Source: Candidatus Latescibacterota bacterium
GTDB lineage: Bacteria; Latescibacterota; UBA2968; SICM01
Length of the DNA stretch: 64,000 bases
Assembly: GCA_965217865.1 (NCBI GenBank)
Contig: CBDCJO010000002.1
Span: 3,360,001-3,424,000 of the forward strand
Reading direction: 5' to 3'
Under the pieces are notes generated by a model. The model worked only from the letters and a program-made list of their open reading frames with translations, was not told where the DNA came from and made no database searches. Position numbers and translations under genes: made by a program. The number at the start of each line of letters is the position of its first letter. The first letter of the stretch is position 1. Below, one piece after another: positions 39,058 to 50,097 of the stretch.

Positions 39058-40502
39058 GCCTGCCATATCGATAAGACGCCGACGTACATAAATCCGAACC
39101 CGAACATCAGCAGGAAGGGTATTGGAAAGTAGATCCCCTCCCATACGCAATACCCGATAAGGGCTGAGAAATAGAGGCAGAGCCCAATCTCGAAAAGGGG
39201 CATCCAGGTCAAACCGATCCCGTAGCCCTTTCCCCGCCAGGTATCCCCCAGTTTCTCAATATGATATTTCGGGGTCCGCTGGAATCCGGTGTTTCGTCCC
39301 AGCAGGGCTTCGACAACCCCTTTCGCGTTGTTCAGCGAGATCCCCATGCCGATGGCCATAAGGGGTGGCAGATATTTTATTCGTGACCGCCAATCGGGGT
39401 TGATCTCCCGCTGGGAACAGATATAGAAGGAAGAAACCGCGAATGTGGCCATTGAGAAGAGGGGGATATCGACCAAAAACACCTTATACCATCCCATGTA
39501 CGACCGGGCGAGGATGGCCGGGCAGATCAGCACAGCAATCGCGGCCATAAAAAGGTAGGAGAGGTTGCCCGTGAGGTGAAAAAATGACTCGACCTTTACC
39601 CGGCGGGGAAGCTCGCTTTTCAGGATCCTCGGGAGGAGCTTTTTCGCGGTTTGAATCGATCCCTTGGCCCAGCGGTGTTGCTGGGTCTTCCAGGCGTTGA
39701 CTTCAACCGGAATTTCAGCCGGTGCGACCACGTCGGACAGGTAGATGAACCGCCACCCGGTTAACTGTGCCCGGTAACTGAGGTCCAGATCTTCGGTCAA
39801 CGTGTCGTGCTGCCACCCCCCGGCGTCCTCGATACAGCGCTTTCGCCAGATCCCTGCCGTACCGTTGAAATTAAAGAAGAGGTCCGATCGGCTTCGAGCC
39901 CCGTGCTCCACGACAAAGTGGCCGTCCAGAAAGATGGACTGGATTTTTGTTAAAAGGGAGTAATCCCAGTTGAGGTGCCCCCACCTGGTCTGGACCATCC
40001 CGACTTTGGAATCCGCAAAATGGGGGATCACCCTCCTCAGCATATCGGGGGAAGGGACGAAATCCGCGTCGAACACGGCAAGGAATTCGCCTCTGCTTTT
40101 CTTCATCCCGTGGGATAGCGCCCCGGCCTTAAATCCCTTTCGGGAGCCCCGCCTGATATGGACCACTGAGTAACCTTGACGGTTGAGGTCTTCAACACAG
40201 GCTCGTGCGGTTTCGGAGGTATCGTCTGTGGAGTCGTCCAGGACCTGGATCTCAAACCGGTCTTTGGGGTAATCCATCCGTGCGACGGAACGGATGAGGC
40301 GCTCCACGACATATCGTTCGTTGTAGATCGGGAGTTGAACCGTGACGATCGGCCAGGGGTCGGGAGGCGAGCGGGGTTTTGGTTTTCGGTGGCGCCCCTG
40401 ATAATAGAGTTTGACGATGTAATAGCGGTGAAAACCGTAGAGGATCAGGATGCCGAGCGCGATGCAATAAGGGATCAAAAGGATGGAATTCCACCAGGCC
40501 AT
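39045..40502 (-). CDS. Family 2 glycosyltransferase (cellulose-synthase-like, CslA type)
   Basis: QLPIYNE, DDSTD, GFKAGAL, FDADF, TEDLDL, QQHRW. Confidence 0.93.
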   Translation of the reverse strand: MAWWNSILLIPYCIALGILILYGFHRYYIVKLYYQGRHRKPKPRSPPDPWPIVTVQLPIYNERYVVERLIRSVARMDYPKDRFEIQVLDDSTDDTSETARACVEDLNRQGYSVVHIRRGSRKGFKAGALSHGMKKSRGEFLAVFDADFVPSPDMLRRVIPHFADSKVGMVQTRWGHLNWDYSLLTKIQSIFLDGHFVVEHGARSRSDLFFNFNGTAGIWRKRCIEDAGGWQHDTLTEDLDLSYRAQLTGWRFIYLSDVVAPAEIPVEVNAWKTQQHRWAKGSIQTAKKLLPRILKSELPRRVKVESFFHLTGNLSYLFMAAIAVLICPAILARSYMGWYKVFLVDIPLFSMATFAVSSFYICSQREINPDWRSRIKYLPPLMAIGMGISLNNAKGVVEALLGRNTGFQRTPKYHIEKLGDTWRGKGYGIGLTWMPLFEIGLCLYFSALIGYCVWEGIYFPIPFLLMFGFGFMYVGVLSIWQARDS

Positions 40503-40580
40503 GGAGATTCCTAAGGGTTAGAGGGCAAAGATGGTTATCCCTCGATTGATCTCCGGATCCCGGCACTTGAACCGGATCAC

Positions 40581-41383
40581 TCACATTTTGGCAACGTGTG
40601 AAACGACGTTGATCAGTTCGAGTTTCGAAAGTCTGTCAATGCTGAATCCGGGCATAATGACCCCCGCGATCCCTCGGGGGAGAGGCCCCGGACCTTCCGT
40701 GCGATCTGTCGATGTGTATAACCGTTTCGGTATAAACTGGGCGCCGGGCCGTCTGCGTGACAGATGCTGCAGGAGCGTTCGAAAATAACCCTTCCCGTTG
40801 CCGGGTTACCGCTTTTCAAGGTCCGGTCGCTCGGGATGGTCTCCTCCCGGGTTACCTCGACCGGTTTTGAACTCCGTTCAGGAGACATCTCCTTCAGATA
40901 TGCCGTGATGTCCGTCATGATCTTCATATGGTCCCAGCCGGTCATTTTTTCGGTGACCTTCCTTCTCCTCCTGCGGCGCTTCTTTGCGGCTTTTGCCTTG
41001 GCTTTGATTTCAGCCGAATCCGGTTTCACGATCCAGGTGTCTATGCAGACCTTCATTGCGGTTTTAAGGTCCTTGATCATCTCACCTTTATAATTTCACC
41101 AGATTGCGCGGTTCGCACTGTTGTAGAGGGAATGGCCGGGACGGATTCTTTTGTCGAAGGGGTCCTTCTTCTCGTTGAAATCCGCGTGACAGTGGATGCA
41201 GGTCAGTCCCGTGGTCGTCCAGAAAGCCCGCCGGTAGGCTTTGCGCCCCTCCCAAGGATCCCCCTCCGCTTCTTTCGAAGCCGTCATCTTGCGGCTTTTC
41301 TTTTGTCCGTCGGCGGCCACAGCCAAAAGCAGTAGGATCGTGATGGCCAGCGGCCAGTACCTTATTTGATGAATCAGGTTCAT
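40581..41383 (-). pseudogene. Exported diheme cytochrome c interrupted by an in-frame TGA and a 3' frameshift
   Basis: Signal peptide, CIHCH, TGA at 41096-41098 in frame with the 41080 ORF, CSICH; shifted-frame tail IMPGFSIDRLSKLELINVVSHV. Confidence 0.75.
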
Positions 41384-41645
41384 CGCACCTTTCCCGAATG
41401 AATCTTAAAACATAGCGGGCTTATCCTTGGGACGCAAGCGATTTTGTGTATCGACCCGATATCACAACTCGTGCACCGATTAAAGGTGTATTGTGGATCC
41501 TTCCCGGTATTTCTAAGATTGCATTTTCAGAGCGTTTATATATATATTAGGTCGGAGTTCAGGACGTTTCTCCTTCCTCCAATCGTTCCTCGAGTCTTCC
41601 ACCTCTTCAGACACCCGGACCCATGAACGGTTCCGTTCCTGATTA

Positions 41646-43877
41646 ATGCCCGTCTTACGCGACAGGATCCTGGAATATTTTCAAGTCGAATCCCCACATC
41701 CCCTGAAGCTGCGGGATCTGGCCAAGGCCATGCGTATCTCCGATGAGGATTACGGCCAGCTCCGAAGAATGATGCGGCAGCTCGAGCAGGAAGGGTCCGT
41801 GGTCCGCCTCCGGAACAACCGGTACGGCCCTCCCGATAAGCTGAACCTGGCTGTGGGCCGGCTTAGCGTAAACCCGAGCGGGGGATTCGGATTTGTGTCC
41901 CGGGAAACGGGGGGGGAGGATGTCTTCGTCGGTTCCCGGGAGATGGCCATGGCTCTTCACGGGGACCGAGTTGTGGTTCGCCTTTATGGGCACCGGGGAC
42001 CCAAGCGGCAGCAGGAAGGGCAGGTCATCCGGGTGCTTGAACGATCGTTAAAGACCGTCGTCGGGGTATATCGTAAGGAAAAACGGTTCGGCTATGTGGC
42101 ACCCGACGACAGTCGCCTCACACGGGACATCTACGTGGCTGATGAGGAGGCAAGAGGGGCGGGATCCGGACAAAAGGTGGTCGTCAAAATTGAGGACTGG
42201 ACATCCGAGCATCTGAACCCGGAGGGTCGGATCGTCGAGGTGTTGGGCGACCCGGATTCCCCTGGGATGGATATCCTGTCGATCATCAAAGAGCACGACC
42301 TTCCCCTGGACTTTCCCGACCACATTCTCCATCTATCGGAATCGTTATCCGGCCGGATTCCCGAAGAAGAGATCAGGCTTCGGAGGGATCTCAGAGAGAT
42401 GACTTGCTTCACGATAGATCCCCCGGATGCGAAGGACTTCGACGATGCGGTCTCTCTGGACGGTAACGAGGACGGGACCATCCTGCTGGGCGTCCATATT
42501 GCGGACGTGAGTCATTACGTTCGCGAGGGGGCCGCCCTGGATCACGAGGCACGGGTCCGGGGCACCAGCGTCTACCTCGTGGACCGGGTCATTCCGATGC
42601 TTCCGGAACGCCTGTCGAACGAACTGTGCAGCCTGATTCCGGGAGAAGACCGTTTGGCGATTAGTGTTCTGGCCGACATGGACGCCGAGGGGAACCTGCT
42701 TGACTACCGGCTTGTGGAATCCGTTATTCGCAGCGCTGCCCGTCTGACTTACGATCAGGTTCAGTCCCTGCTCGATGGAGACGGGGACAACGGAGCGTCC
42801 CTCCACGCCGACCGGCTCCGTGGAATGGAGGCCCTCCGCCGCAAACTGACCGGCATGCGGATGGGACGCGGGGCAATCGACTTCGACCTTCCGGAGGCGA
42901 AGGTGCTCCTGGACCCGGAGGGGAACCCGTTGGATGTCCAGCGATATGAGCGTAAGAACAGTCACCGGCTGATCGAAGAATTCATGATCCTCGCCAACGA
43001 GATTGTCGCCCGTCACATGAACGAACGGGGGATTCCAGTTTTGTACCGGGTTCACGATCAACCGGACCGGACGAAGCTGGAGGAGTTCGCGGAACTGGCG
43101 GAATCCTTCGGTTATCGCTTTCCGTTGAAGGATATCGTCAAACCCCTCCAGATCAGCCGGTTCTTGAACAGCATCGCCGGAAAACGGGTGTCAGATGTCA
43201 TCAACGATATGCTCCTCCGTTCGATGAAGAAGGCGCTCTACACTCCGAAAAACATCGGGCACTTCGGGCTGGCCAGTCCGTACTACACACATTTTACCTC
43301 TCCGATCCGGCGATACCCCGATCTACTTTTACACCGAATCCTTCGAGAAGACCTGCGGGGCGAGTTGTCAGAAACCAGAAAGGAGGTGCTGAACCAGAAG
43401 CTCCCCCCCTTGGGGGATTTGAGCACGGAACGGGAGATGATCGCCGAGGACGCGGAGCGGAACTCCGTCAAGGTCAAACAGGTGCAGTTCATGGAAACGC
43501 GCCTGGGAGACGAGTTAGAAGGTTTGGTCGTCGGGGTTCGCCCGACGGGAATGTTCGTCCGGATCGGTGAATACTTGATCGACGGGTTTGTACGCGTCAG
43601 CTCAATGGAAGACGATTATTATCTGTTCGACGAGCGGATGCGTTCCTTGATGGGTCAGCGAACGGGCCGGGTCTTCCGGCTGGGTGATCCCGTCCGGGTG
43701 CGCGTCGTCCGGGCCGTGCGAAAACTTCGGCAGATCGACCTCATGCTGATCGAAAACGATGAAGACGCATCGGGCAAGGTTCGCGGGAAAAGGGGTGTGA
43801 GGGGACGGGGACGGAAATACGGAAACGGTAAACGGACCAGGAGAAGAATAGGTCCAGGTTCCAGAATCCAAAATTAA
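41646..43877 (+). CDS. rnr: Ribonuclease R
   Basis: HTH, cold-shock domains, TIDP.DAKDFDDA, IEEFMILAN, HFTSPIRRYPD, S1 domain, basic tail. Confidence 0.97.
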   Translation: MPVLRDRILEYFQVESPHPLKLRDLAKAMRISDEDYGQLRRMMRQLEQEGSVVRLRNNRYGPPDKLNLAVGRLSVNPSGGFGFVSRETGGEDVFVGSREMAMALHGDRVVVRLYGHRGPKRQQEGQVIRVLERSLKTVVGVYRKEKRFGYVAPDDSRLTRDIYVADEEARGAGSGQKVVVKIEDWTSEHLNPEGRIVEVLGDPDSPGMDILSIIKEHDLPLDFPDHILHLSESLSGRIPEEEIRLRRDLREMTCFTIDPPDAKDFDDAVSLDGNEDGTILLGVHIADVSHYVREGAALDHEARVRGTSVYLVDRVIPMLPERLSNELCSLIPGEDRLAISVLADMDAEGNLLDYRLVESVIRSAARLTYDQVQSLLDGDGDNGASLHADRLRGMEALRRKLTGMRMGRGAIDFDLPEAKVLLDPEGNPLDVQRYERKNSHRLIEEFMILANEIVARHMNERGIPVLYRVHDQPDRTKLEEFAELAESFGYRFPLKDIVKPLQISRFLNSIAGKRVSDVINDMLLRSMKKALYTPKNIGHFGLASPYYTHFTSPIRRYPDLLLHRILREDLRGELSETRKEVLNQKLPPLGDLSTEREMIAEDAERNSVKVKQVQFMETRLGDELEGLVVGVRPTGMFVRIGEYLIDGFVRVSSMEDDYYLFDERMRSLMGQRTGRVFRLGDPVRVRVVRAVRKLRQIDLMLIENDEDASGKVRGKRGVRGRGRKYGNGKRTRRRIGPGSRIQN

Positions 43878-44019
43878 GTTCCATGGCCCATGTTCCAGGT
43901 TTGCCAAATCGAAATAAACATTTATTTTATTCGTAGGCATCAACTGTATAGATTGTCTTGCTTAGAAGCGCTCCCCCGGCAGTTTCATCAATTGTCCACA
44001 CCTTAAGGAGTTCCACGCA

Positions 44020-45429
44020 ATGGGAGACGGGATAAAGGAAGCCTGCGGCGTTTTTGGGATCTTCGGGCATCGAAGGGCGGCGGAGATCACCTATCTCGGT
44101 CTGTATGCGCTCCAACACCGGGGAGAGGAGAGCAGCGGGATAGCGGCGGGAAACGGAAAGACTATGCGGATCCATACGGGCATGGGACACGTGACAGAGG
44201 TGTTCGAAGACAAGTCGATCCTCGAACGGCTTGGCGGGCACCTGGCGGTGGGCCATAATCGGTACTCCACCACCGGTTCCAACACCCTGCACAACGCACA
44301 GCCGTTCCTGGCCGAATGCCGAGATGATTATGTCGCCCTTGCCCACAACGGCAACCTGGTAAACGCAGCTCGGCTCAGGGGGGAAATGCATCAGAAGGGA
44401 TGCCTGTTTCAGACGACCAGCGACAGCGAGGTCATGGTGCATCTGATCGCCCGATCGCAGGAGGAGCGCCTGGAGGACCGGATCGTCGATGCCCTTTCCC
44501 AGGTGAAAGGGGCTTATGCGCTGGTTATCGCCACTCAGGATAAACTGATCGCCGTCCGGGACCCTCTCGGATTCCGGCCTCTTTGTCTCGGCCAGCTCGA
44601 CGACGCCTGGGTGGTGGCATCCGAGTCCTGTGCGATCGACATGGTTTCCGCCCGGTATATCCGGGACGTTGAACCCGGTGAGGTCCTTGTGGTCGATGAC
44701 GACGGCTTCAGGTCCATCCGGCCCTGGCCGGAAGAAAGGCATGCCTTCTGTGTGTTCGAATACATCTATTTTTCCAGGCCGGACAGCATCATCTTCGGAG
44801 ACAATGTCGACAAGACCCGCCGCCGTCTGGGTAAACAACTCGCCTTGGAGCAGCCTGCGGAGGCGGACATCGTCATCGCCGTCCCCGACTCCAGCAACAC
44901 GGCCGCGCTCGGCTATGCTCAGGCTTCGGGCATCAAGTTCGAAATCGGTCTTATCCGAAATCACTACGTGGGCCGGACTTTCATCAAACCCAGCCAGAAG
45001 ACAAGGGACTTTGAAGCCAGGGCGAAGTACAATCCTGTCCGCGGCGTGCTTAAAGGAAAAAAGATCGTGGTCGTTGAGGATTCCATCGTCCGGGGAACAA
45101 CGTTGAAACTTCTGACCAGGATGCTGAGGGAAGCGGGTGCGAAGGAGGTACACGTCCGCGTGAGTTCTCCGCCCATCATATCCCCCTGCTACTACGGGAT
45201 CGACTTTCAATCGACCGAAGAACTCGCTGCGTCTGAAAAAACCGTTGAACAGATCCGAAAGGTTCTCGGTGTGGATAGTCTCGGTTATCTGTCGATGGAA
45301 GGGATGCTGAGGGCCGTCCCGAACGATGGGGCGAACGAATACTGCACCGCTTGCTTCGATCGAAATTATCTCGTCCAGATCGAAGAAGAGGTCGGCAAGG
45401 CTGTTCTGGAAAGAAGATCACCGGGGTAG
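44020..45429 (+). CDS. purF: Amidophosphoribosyltransferase
   Basis: EACGVFG, QHRG, HNRYST, VEDSIVRGTT, PC.YGID, YCTACF. Confidence 0.97.
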   Translation: MGDGIKEACGVFGIFGHRRAAEITYLGLYALQHRGEESSGIAAGNGKTMRIHTGMGHVTEVFEDKSILERLGGHLAVGHNRYSTTGSNTLHNAQPFLAECRDDYVALAHNGNLVNAARLRGEMHQKGCLFQTTSDSEVMVHLIARSQEERLEDRIVDALSQVKGAYALVIATQDKLIAVRDPLGFRPLCLGQLDDAWVVASESCAIDMVSARYIRDVEPGEVLVVDDDGFRSIRPWPEERHAFCVFEYIYFSRPDSIIFGDNVDKTRRRLGKQLALEQPAEADIVIAVPDSSNTAALGYAQASGIKFEIGLIRNHYVGRTFIKPSQKTRDFEARAKYNPVRGVLKGKKIVVVEDSIVRGTTLKLLTRMLREAGAKEVHVRVSSPPIISPCYYGIDFQSTEELAASEKTVEQIRKVLGVDSLGYLSMEGMLRAVPNDGANEYCTACFDRNYLVQIEEEVGKAVLERRSPG

Positions 45430-45437
45430 TCTCAACG

Positions 45438-46894
45438 ATGTGCGGTATCTTTGGATATTTCGGCTCAAGGCTCGCCTATCCGCTTCTCCTGAACGGTTTG
45501 CAACGCCTTGAATACAGGGGCTATGATTCAGCGGGTTTATCCGTGATCGCCGACGGCCTCAAGACGGTCAAGGCGGTCGGGAAGGTAAAGAACCTGGAGG
45601 AACGGCTGAAAGCGGAGCCGGTATCCGGAAAAGTTGGAATCGCTCACTCCCGCTGGGCAACACACGGCATCCCCACAGAGCAGAACGCCCATCCCCATCA
45701 GGATTGCCAAGGCAAGATCGCTCTTGTCCACAACGGCATCATCGATAATTTCAAGTCCCTAAAAAGACTTTTGGAAGCCGAAGGCCACACCTTTGTGTCC
45801 GACACGGACAGTGAAGTCGTCGCGCACCTGATCGAAGAATTTTACGAAGGGGAGCTCGAAGATGCAGTTCGGAAGGCGGTCCTGGAGATTGAAGGTACAT
45901 ACGGGTTGGTCGTGATTCACGAGCAAGAGAAAAAGATGGTTGCAGCAAGAAAGGGAAGCCCTCTGGTTCTGGGGATCGGGGAGGATGAGTATTTTGTCGC
46001 ATCCGATCCGACAGCGATCGCCGAACACACTCGGAATGTGGTCTATCTCGAGGACTTGAATGTTTTGACGGTTGACGAAAGCGGCTACCGGGTTACGGAC
46101 CCCACGAATGTGCTGGTCGACCACAAGGTTCAGGAGATCACGTGGGAGATTGAGGAGATCGAACGGGGAGCGTTCGATCACTTCATGCTCAAGGAGATCT
46201 TCGAGCAGCCCGCCCGAATTCAAGACACCTGCCGAGGCCGGATGAATCCTTTCAAGGGAGAGGTCTATCTGGGAGGCCTGAGAGAGGTTTCAAGCCGGCT
46301 CTCGAAGGCGAGGAGGATCATCATCTCATCCTGCGGTACCTCCTGGCACGCCGGACTCGTTGGGGAATATCTCCTTGAATCCCTGGCAAAGGTCCCCGTG
46401 GAGGTGGAATATTCAACGGAGGTCGTGTGCAAGGAGCCCATGCTTGGCCCCGGGGATGTCATGATCGCCGTCAGCCAATCGGGGGAGACCGCGGATACCC
46501 TGACCGCCCTTCGCTTTGCCGCGTCTCGTGGGGCCCTGACGCTTGGGATGGTGAATGTAGTCGGCAGCAGCATCGCAAGGGAGACGGATGCAGGTGTTTT
46601 TATCCACGTCGGACCGGAGATCGGGGTGGCCAGCACCAAGGCGTTCACCGGACACCTCACCGCCTTCGTGTTGCTTGGGATCTATCTCGGGGGTCTCAGG
46701 GGTAACCTGGATGTCGGCAGGGCGAAGCAGATTTTAAAGGAGCTTGGGCGTATTCCCGCATATATCGATAGCATTCTCGCTCGAAACGAGGAGATCCGTG
46801 AGATCGCCCGAATCTATTCGGAGAGTTCAAATTTCCTTTACCTTGGTCGCGGCATCAATTTTCCCGTAGCCCTTGAGGGGGCCCTTAAATTGAA
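45438..46894 (+). pseudogene. glmS: Glucosamine-6-phosphate synthase, C-terminally truncated
   Basis: MCGIFG, LEYRGYDSAG, HSRWATHG, SQSGETADT, VASTKAF. Homology stops at ALEGALKLK; the frame runs on to 47123 in unrelated sequence overlapping the GNAT gene. Confidence 0.9.
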
Positions 46895-46954
46895 GACAAG
46901 CCCCGAAACCTGGCAAAGGCCGTCACGGTGGAGTGAAATTGGGGACTCGGACAG

Positions 46955-47422
46955 ATGGAATATCGATTGGCAATCGATTCGGATGCCCCCGGGATCGGAG
47001 AGGTCCTGGTCCAATCCTATAATATCGACACCAAGGAGGAGGGGACTTCCGCCTTCCGAGAGGAAAGCCGCAGGGGCATTCATTACGTGGTGGCGGTCGA
47101 AGAGGGAAAGGTGGTGGGATTGACCACGTGGCTGCCCCACGGCCTCCCGAAACACGGGCTGGCGGAGCTGGATCGGATTGCAGTCCTTCCCGAGATGCGC
47201 GGTCGGGGCGTTGCGGGCGGTCTGTTCGAGGCCCTGATGGCCGATATCGACAAAGACTATCGGAAGCACGGTTTCGGCCTCCGAAAGCTGTTCCTGATGA
47301 CCCACGCGAACAATCTGAGGGCGCAGGCCTTTTATAAGAAGATGGGATTTCAGGTGGAGGCCACGCTCATGGATCACTTTTATAAAGGGGTGGATGAGTG
47401 CGTGATGTCCCTTGTTCGGTAA
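46955..47422 (+). CDS. GNAT family N-acetyltransferase
   Basis: IAVLPEMRGRGVA, N.RAQAFYKKMGF. Confidence 0.9.
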   Translation: MEYRLAIDSDAPGIGEVLVQSYNIDTKEEGTSAFREESRRGIHYVVAVEEGKVVGLTTWLPHGLPKHGLAELDRIAVLPEMRGRGVAGGLFEALMADIDKDYRKHGFGLRKLFLMTHANNLRAQAFYKKMGFQVEATLMDHFYKGVDECVMSLVR

Positions 47423-47486
47423 TTTATTTTTAAGAATCGAACAACATGGGACCGAGTAACCTTTCAAACTTAATCCAGAGGGTACG

Positions 47487-48116
47487 ATGAAAGTGCTGAT
47501 CATCGGGGCCAACGGCAACACTGCAACTCGTGTCGTGCAAAGATTAAAGAATGGGCCACACGCCCCTTTGGCCATGATACGAAACCCGGAGCAACGGGCA
47601 AAATTTGACGACATGGGTGTACCGACGGTTCTGGGCGACCTTGAGTATCCGATCGACCACGCGGTCAAATCTTGCGACGCAGTCATCTTCGCCGCTGGCT
47701 CGGGCGGCCATACCGGGAAAGACAAAACGGTTCTGGTTGATCACATCGGAGCCATTCGAGCTATGGTCACTGCCGGGGTGCACGGTGCAAAGCGTTTTAT
47801 TATGCTCAGCACCATAAATCCGTACGTCGACATCCCATCGTCTATCGCCCACTATCTGAGGGCGAAGGCCCTCGCCGACGATCATCTGCAACACTCTGAT
47901 TTGGACTACACGATCATCTGTCCCGGCGGTCTGAAGAACGAAACCGGTACGGGTACGGTCTCTGTCAGTTCTGAACTGCATATCGAGGGGAAGACTTCTC
48001 GCGATAACCTCGCCGCTGCGCTGGTGATGTGTCTTGATTTACAGAACACGGTTCGCAAGTGTTTCAGCCTGCTCGAAGGAAGCACTCCATTGGGCGATGC
48101 GCTTCGATCGATTTAA
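47487..48116 (+). CDS. Atypical SDR / NAD(P)-binding oxidoreductase
   Basis: IIGANG, DAVIFAAGSG, RFIMLS, Y.RAK..AD, LDYTII.PG.L. Confidence 0.88.
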   Translation: MKVLIIGANGNTATRVVQRLKNGPHAPLAMIRNPEQRAKFDDMGVPTVLGDLEYPIDHAVKSCDAVIFAAGSGGHTGKDKTVLVDHIGAIRAMVTAGVHGAKRFIMLSTINPYVDIPSSIAHYLRAKALADDHLQHSDLDYTIICPGGLKNETGTGTVSVSSELHIEGKTSRDNLAAALVMCLDLQNTVRKCFSLLEGSTPLGDALRSI

Positions 48117-48193
48117 TGATGGGTTGTTTGGCCAAGCCGTTGCTCGACACAAGCGCTCCTCAATAGTCTAGAGGCTTTAGAGGGAGGGCAGAT

Positions 48194-48478
48194 ATGTGCC
48201 GGAACATCAAGACGCTCTTCAACTTCGAACCACCCGCGACCGATGACGAGGTTCGGGCGGCGTCGCTGCAGTTCGTCAGGAAGCTCAGCGGGTTCAAGAA
48301 GCCGTCGAAGGCGAATGAAGCCGCCTTCGAGCTGGGGGTCGAACAGGTCGCGGGGGCCGCTCGTACGATGCTCGGCGCGATGGTCACCGCAGCCGAGCCG
48401 CACAATCGCGAGGCGGAAGCCGTCAAGGCCCGCGAGAGGGTTGCCCTGAGGTTCGGCTCGGGCCGTGGGGTGGCCTGA
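48194..48478 (+). CDS. DUF2277 family protein
   Basis: MCRNIKTLFNFEPPAT..EVRAASLQFVRKLSGF.KPS.ANE.AF. Confidence 0.9.
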   Translation: MCRNIKTLFNFEPPATDDEVRAASLQFVRKLSGFKKPSKANEAAFELGVEQVAGAARTMLGAMVTAAEPHNREAEAVKARERVALRFGSGRGVA

Positions 48479-48552
48479 CAGGGGCTGCATCAGCCGTAAA
48501 TAGAGAAGTCTCGTATGATCCCGGTGGAATAATAATTTTATTCGGAGCGGGA

Positions 48553-50097
48553 ATGCCCACTTCCAAACTCACCGATAAGGCGATCCTTCTAAGACCCGGG
48601 GATGACGTGGCCGTTGCGAAGGCTCCGTTGTCGGAAGGTTCGGTCCTGGAGCACAAAGGAGAGGCCATAGCGGTTCGCGGGGAGATCCCATTCGGCCATA
48701 AGATCTCCCTGAAGAACATCAAGTCGGGGGATCCGGTGCACAAGTATCACCAGGTGATCGGATTCGCGACGGGAGAGATTTTCCCCGGGGAATGGGTGCA
48801 CGTCCATAACTTGGGGATGGGTGACCGGAAATTGGATTACGAGTTCTGCACCGAAATCGAACCGGTAGAGATGGTCCCGACTGATCAGATTCCGAGTTTT
48901 ATGGGTTACAAACGGGCGGACGGCCGTGTCGGGACGCGCAATTTCGTGGCCCTTGTATCCACGGTGAACTGTTCGGCCAGCATGTCCCGTTTCGTGGCTC
49001 AAAAATTCACGAATGTGTCGAATGACTACCCCAACGTAGACGGCGTTATCGCCGTTACGCACAAAGGCGGTTGCGCCACCCGGATCGGGGGCGAAGACTA
49101 CAACCTTCTCCAGCGGACCTTGGCCGGTTATTCCATGCACCCGAATGTCTTTGGCTACGTGGTCACGAGCCTGGGATGCGAGGCCAACAACCCCGGGGAC
49201 CTGATCAACAACCAGAAGTTGCTTCATATCCAGACCAGCCTTAGGCCAGAGGTGATCGGGATCCAGGACTCGGGCGGTATCCAGCAGGCGGTGGAGCGAG
49301 GGGTCCGGGCGGTGGTTGAGATGCTCCCCCAGGCCAACGAAGCCAGGCGCACCCCGCAACCCATTTCGGAGATCGTTCTGGCAGCCGAATGCGGGGGCAG
49401 CGACGCAAATTCCGGCATCACGGCCAACGCCGCGGTGGGATGGACGATGGATGAACTGGTCCGATGCGGGGGGACCGGCATCATCTCCGAGACCCCCGAG
49501 GCCTACGGTGCGGAACAGCTCCTGACCCGTCGGGCAAGGACACCGGAAATCGGGAAAAAGCTGGTCGCGCGGATCAAGTGGTGGGAATGGTACGCGAGCA
49601 TACTCGGAGCGGAAATCAACAACAATCCGGCGCCGGGCAATATCCAGGGGGGCCTTACGACGATCTATGAAAAGTCGCTCGGGGCTGTGGCAAAGGGGGG
49701 GACAACCCCTCTGAACGATGTGCTCCTGTATGGCGAGAAGGTCCGGTCCAGGGGTTTTCTGTTCATGGATACCCCCGGGCTCGACAATGTCTCCGTCACG
49801 GGGATGGTGGCGGGGGGTGCGAATGTCGTCGTTTTCACCACGGGACGAGGGTCCGTCTTCGGCTGCAAACCTTCGCCATCGATCAAAGTCGCCTCCAACA
49901 GCGCGCTTTACCACCACATGAACGATGATATGGATATCGATGCCGGCGTGGTCCTGGATGGGACGCCCGCATCCGAAGCGGGCAGGCTGATCTTTGAAGA
50001 GGTCATCGCGGTCGCAAGCGGAAAAAGGACCAAGAGCGAAATCCACGGGGTGGGAGATGAAGAATTCTCGCCCTGGACCCTGGGGCCGGTGTTGTGA
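48553..50097 (+). CDS. UxaA-family (altronate/galactarate) dehydratase with SAF domain
   Basis: IPFGHKI, VHVHN, DGRVGTRN, CGGSD, EKSLG, FTTGRG. Confidence 0.92.
   Translation: MPTSKLTDKAILLRPGDDVAVAKAPLSEGSVLEHKGEAIAVRGEIPFGHKISLKNIKSGDPVHKYHQVIGFATGEIFPGEWVHVHNLGMGDRKLDYEFCTEIEPVEMVPTDQIPSFMGYKRADGRVGTRNFVALVSTVNCSASMSRFVAQKFTNVSNDYPNVDGVIAVTHKGGCATRIGGEDYNLLQRTLAGYSMHPNVFGYVVTSLGCEANNPGDLINNQKLLHIQTSLRPEVIGIQDSGGIQQAVERGVRAVVEMLPQANEARRTPQPISEIVLAAECGGSDANSGITANAAVGWTMDELVRCGGTGIISETPEAYGAEQLLTRRARTPEIGKKLVARIKWWEWYASILGAEINNNPAPGNIQGGLTTIYEKSLGAVAKGGTTPLNDVLLYGEKVRSRGFLFMDTPGLDNVSVTGMVAGGANVVVFTTGRGSVFGCKPSPSIKVASNSALYHHMNDDMDIDAGVVLDGTPASEAGRLIFEEVIAVASGKRTKSEIHGVGDEEFSPWTLGPVL

Noticed and set aside
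38828-39091. ORF encoding (ITNHESR)n
   Set aside because: It is the translation of the heptamer array, with no independent coding evidence.
41096-41098. Selenocysteine or genetic code 4/25 reading of TGA
   Set aside because: TGA terminates many intact genes here (polA, UxaA, pilB), no convincing SECIS follows, and the gene has a second lesion.
45429-45438. glmS ribozyme upstream of glmS
   Set aside because: Only 8 bp separate purF and glmS, leaving no room.
46895-47123. Novel C-terminal domain on GlmS
   Set aside because: It is out-of-frame read-through across the GNAT gene.
48589-50046. Long antisense ORFs (also 52938-54299, 43927-45210, 34196-35161, 37324-38376)
   Set aside because: Shadow frames of well-supported genes in GC-rich DNA.
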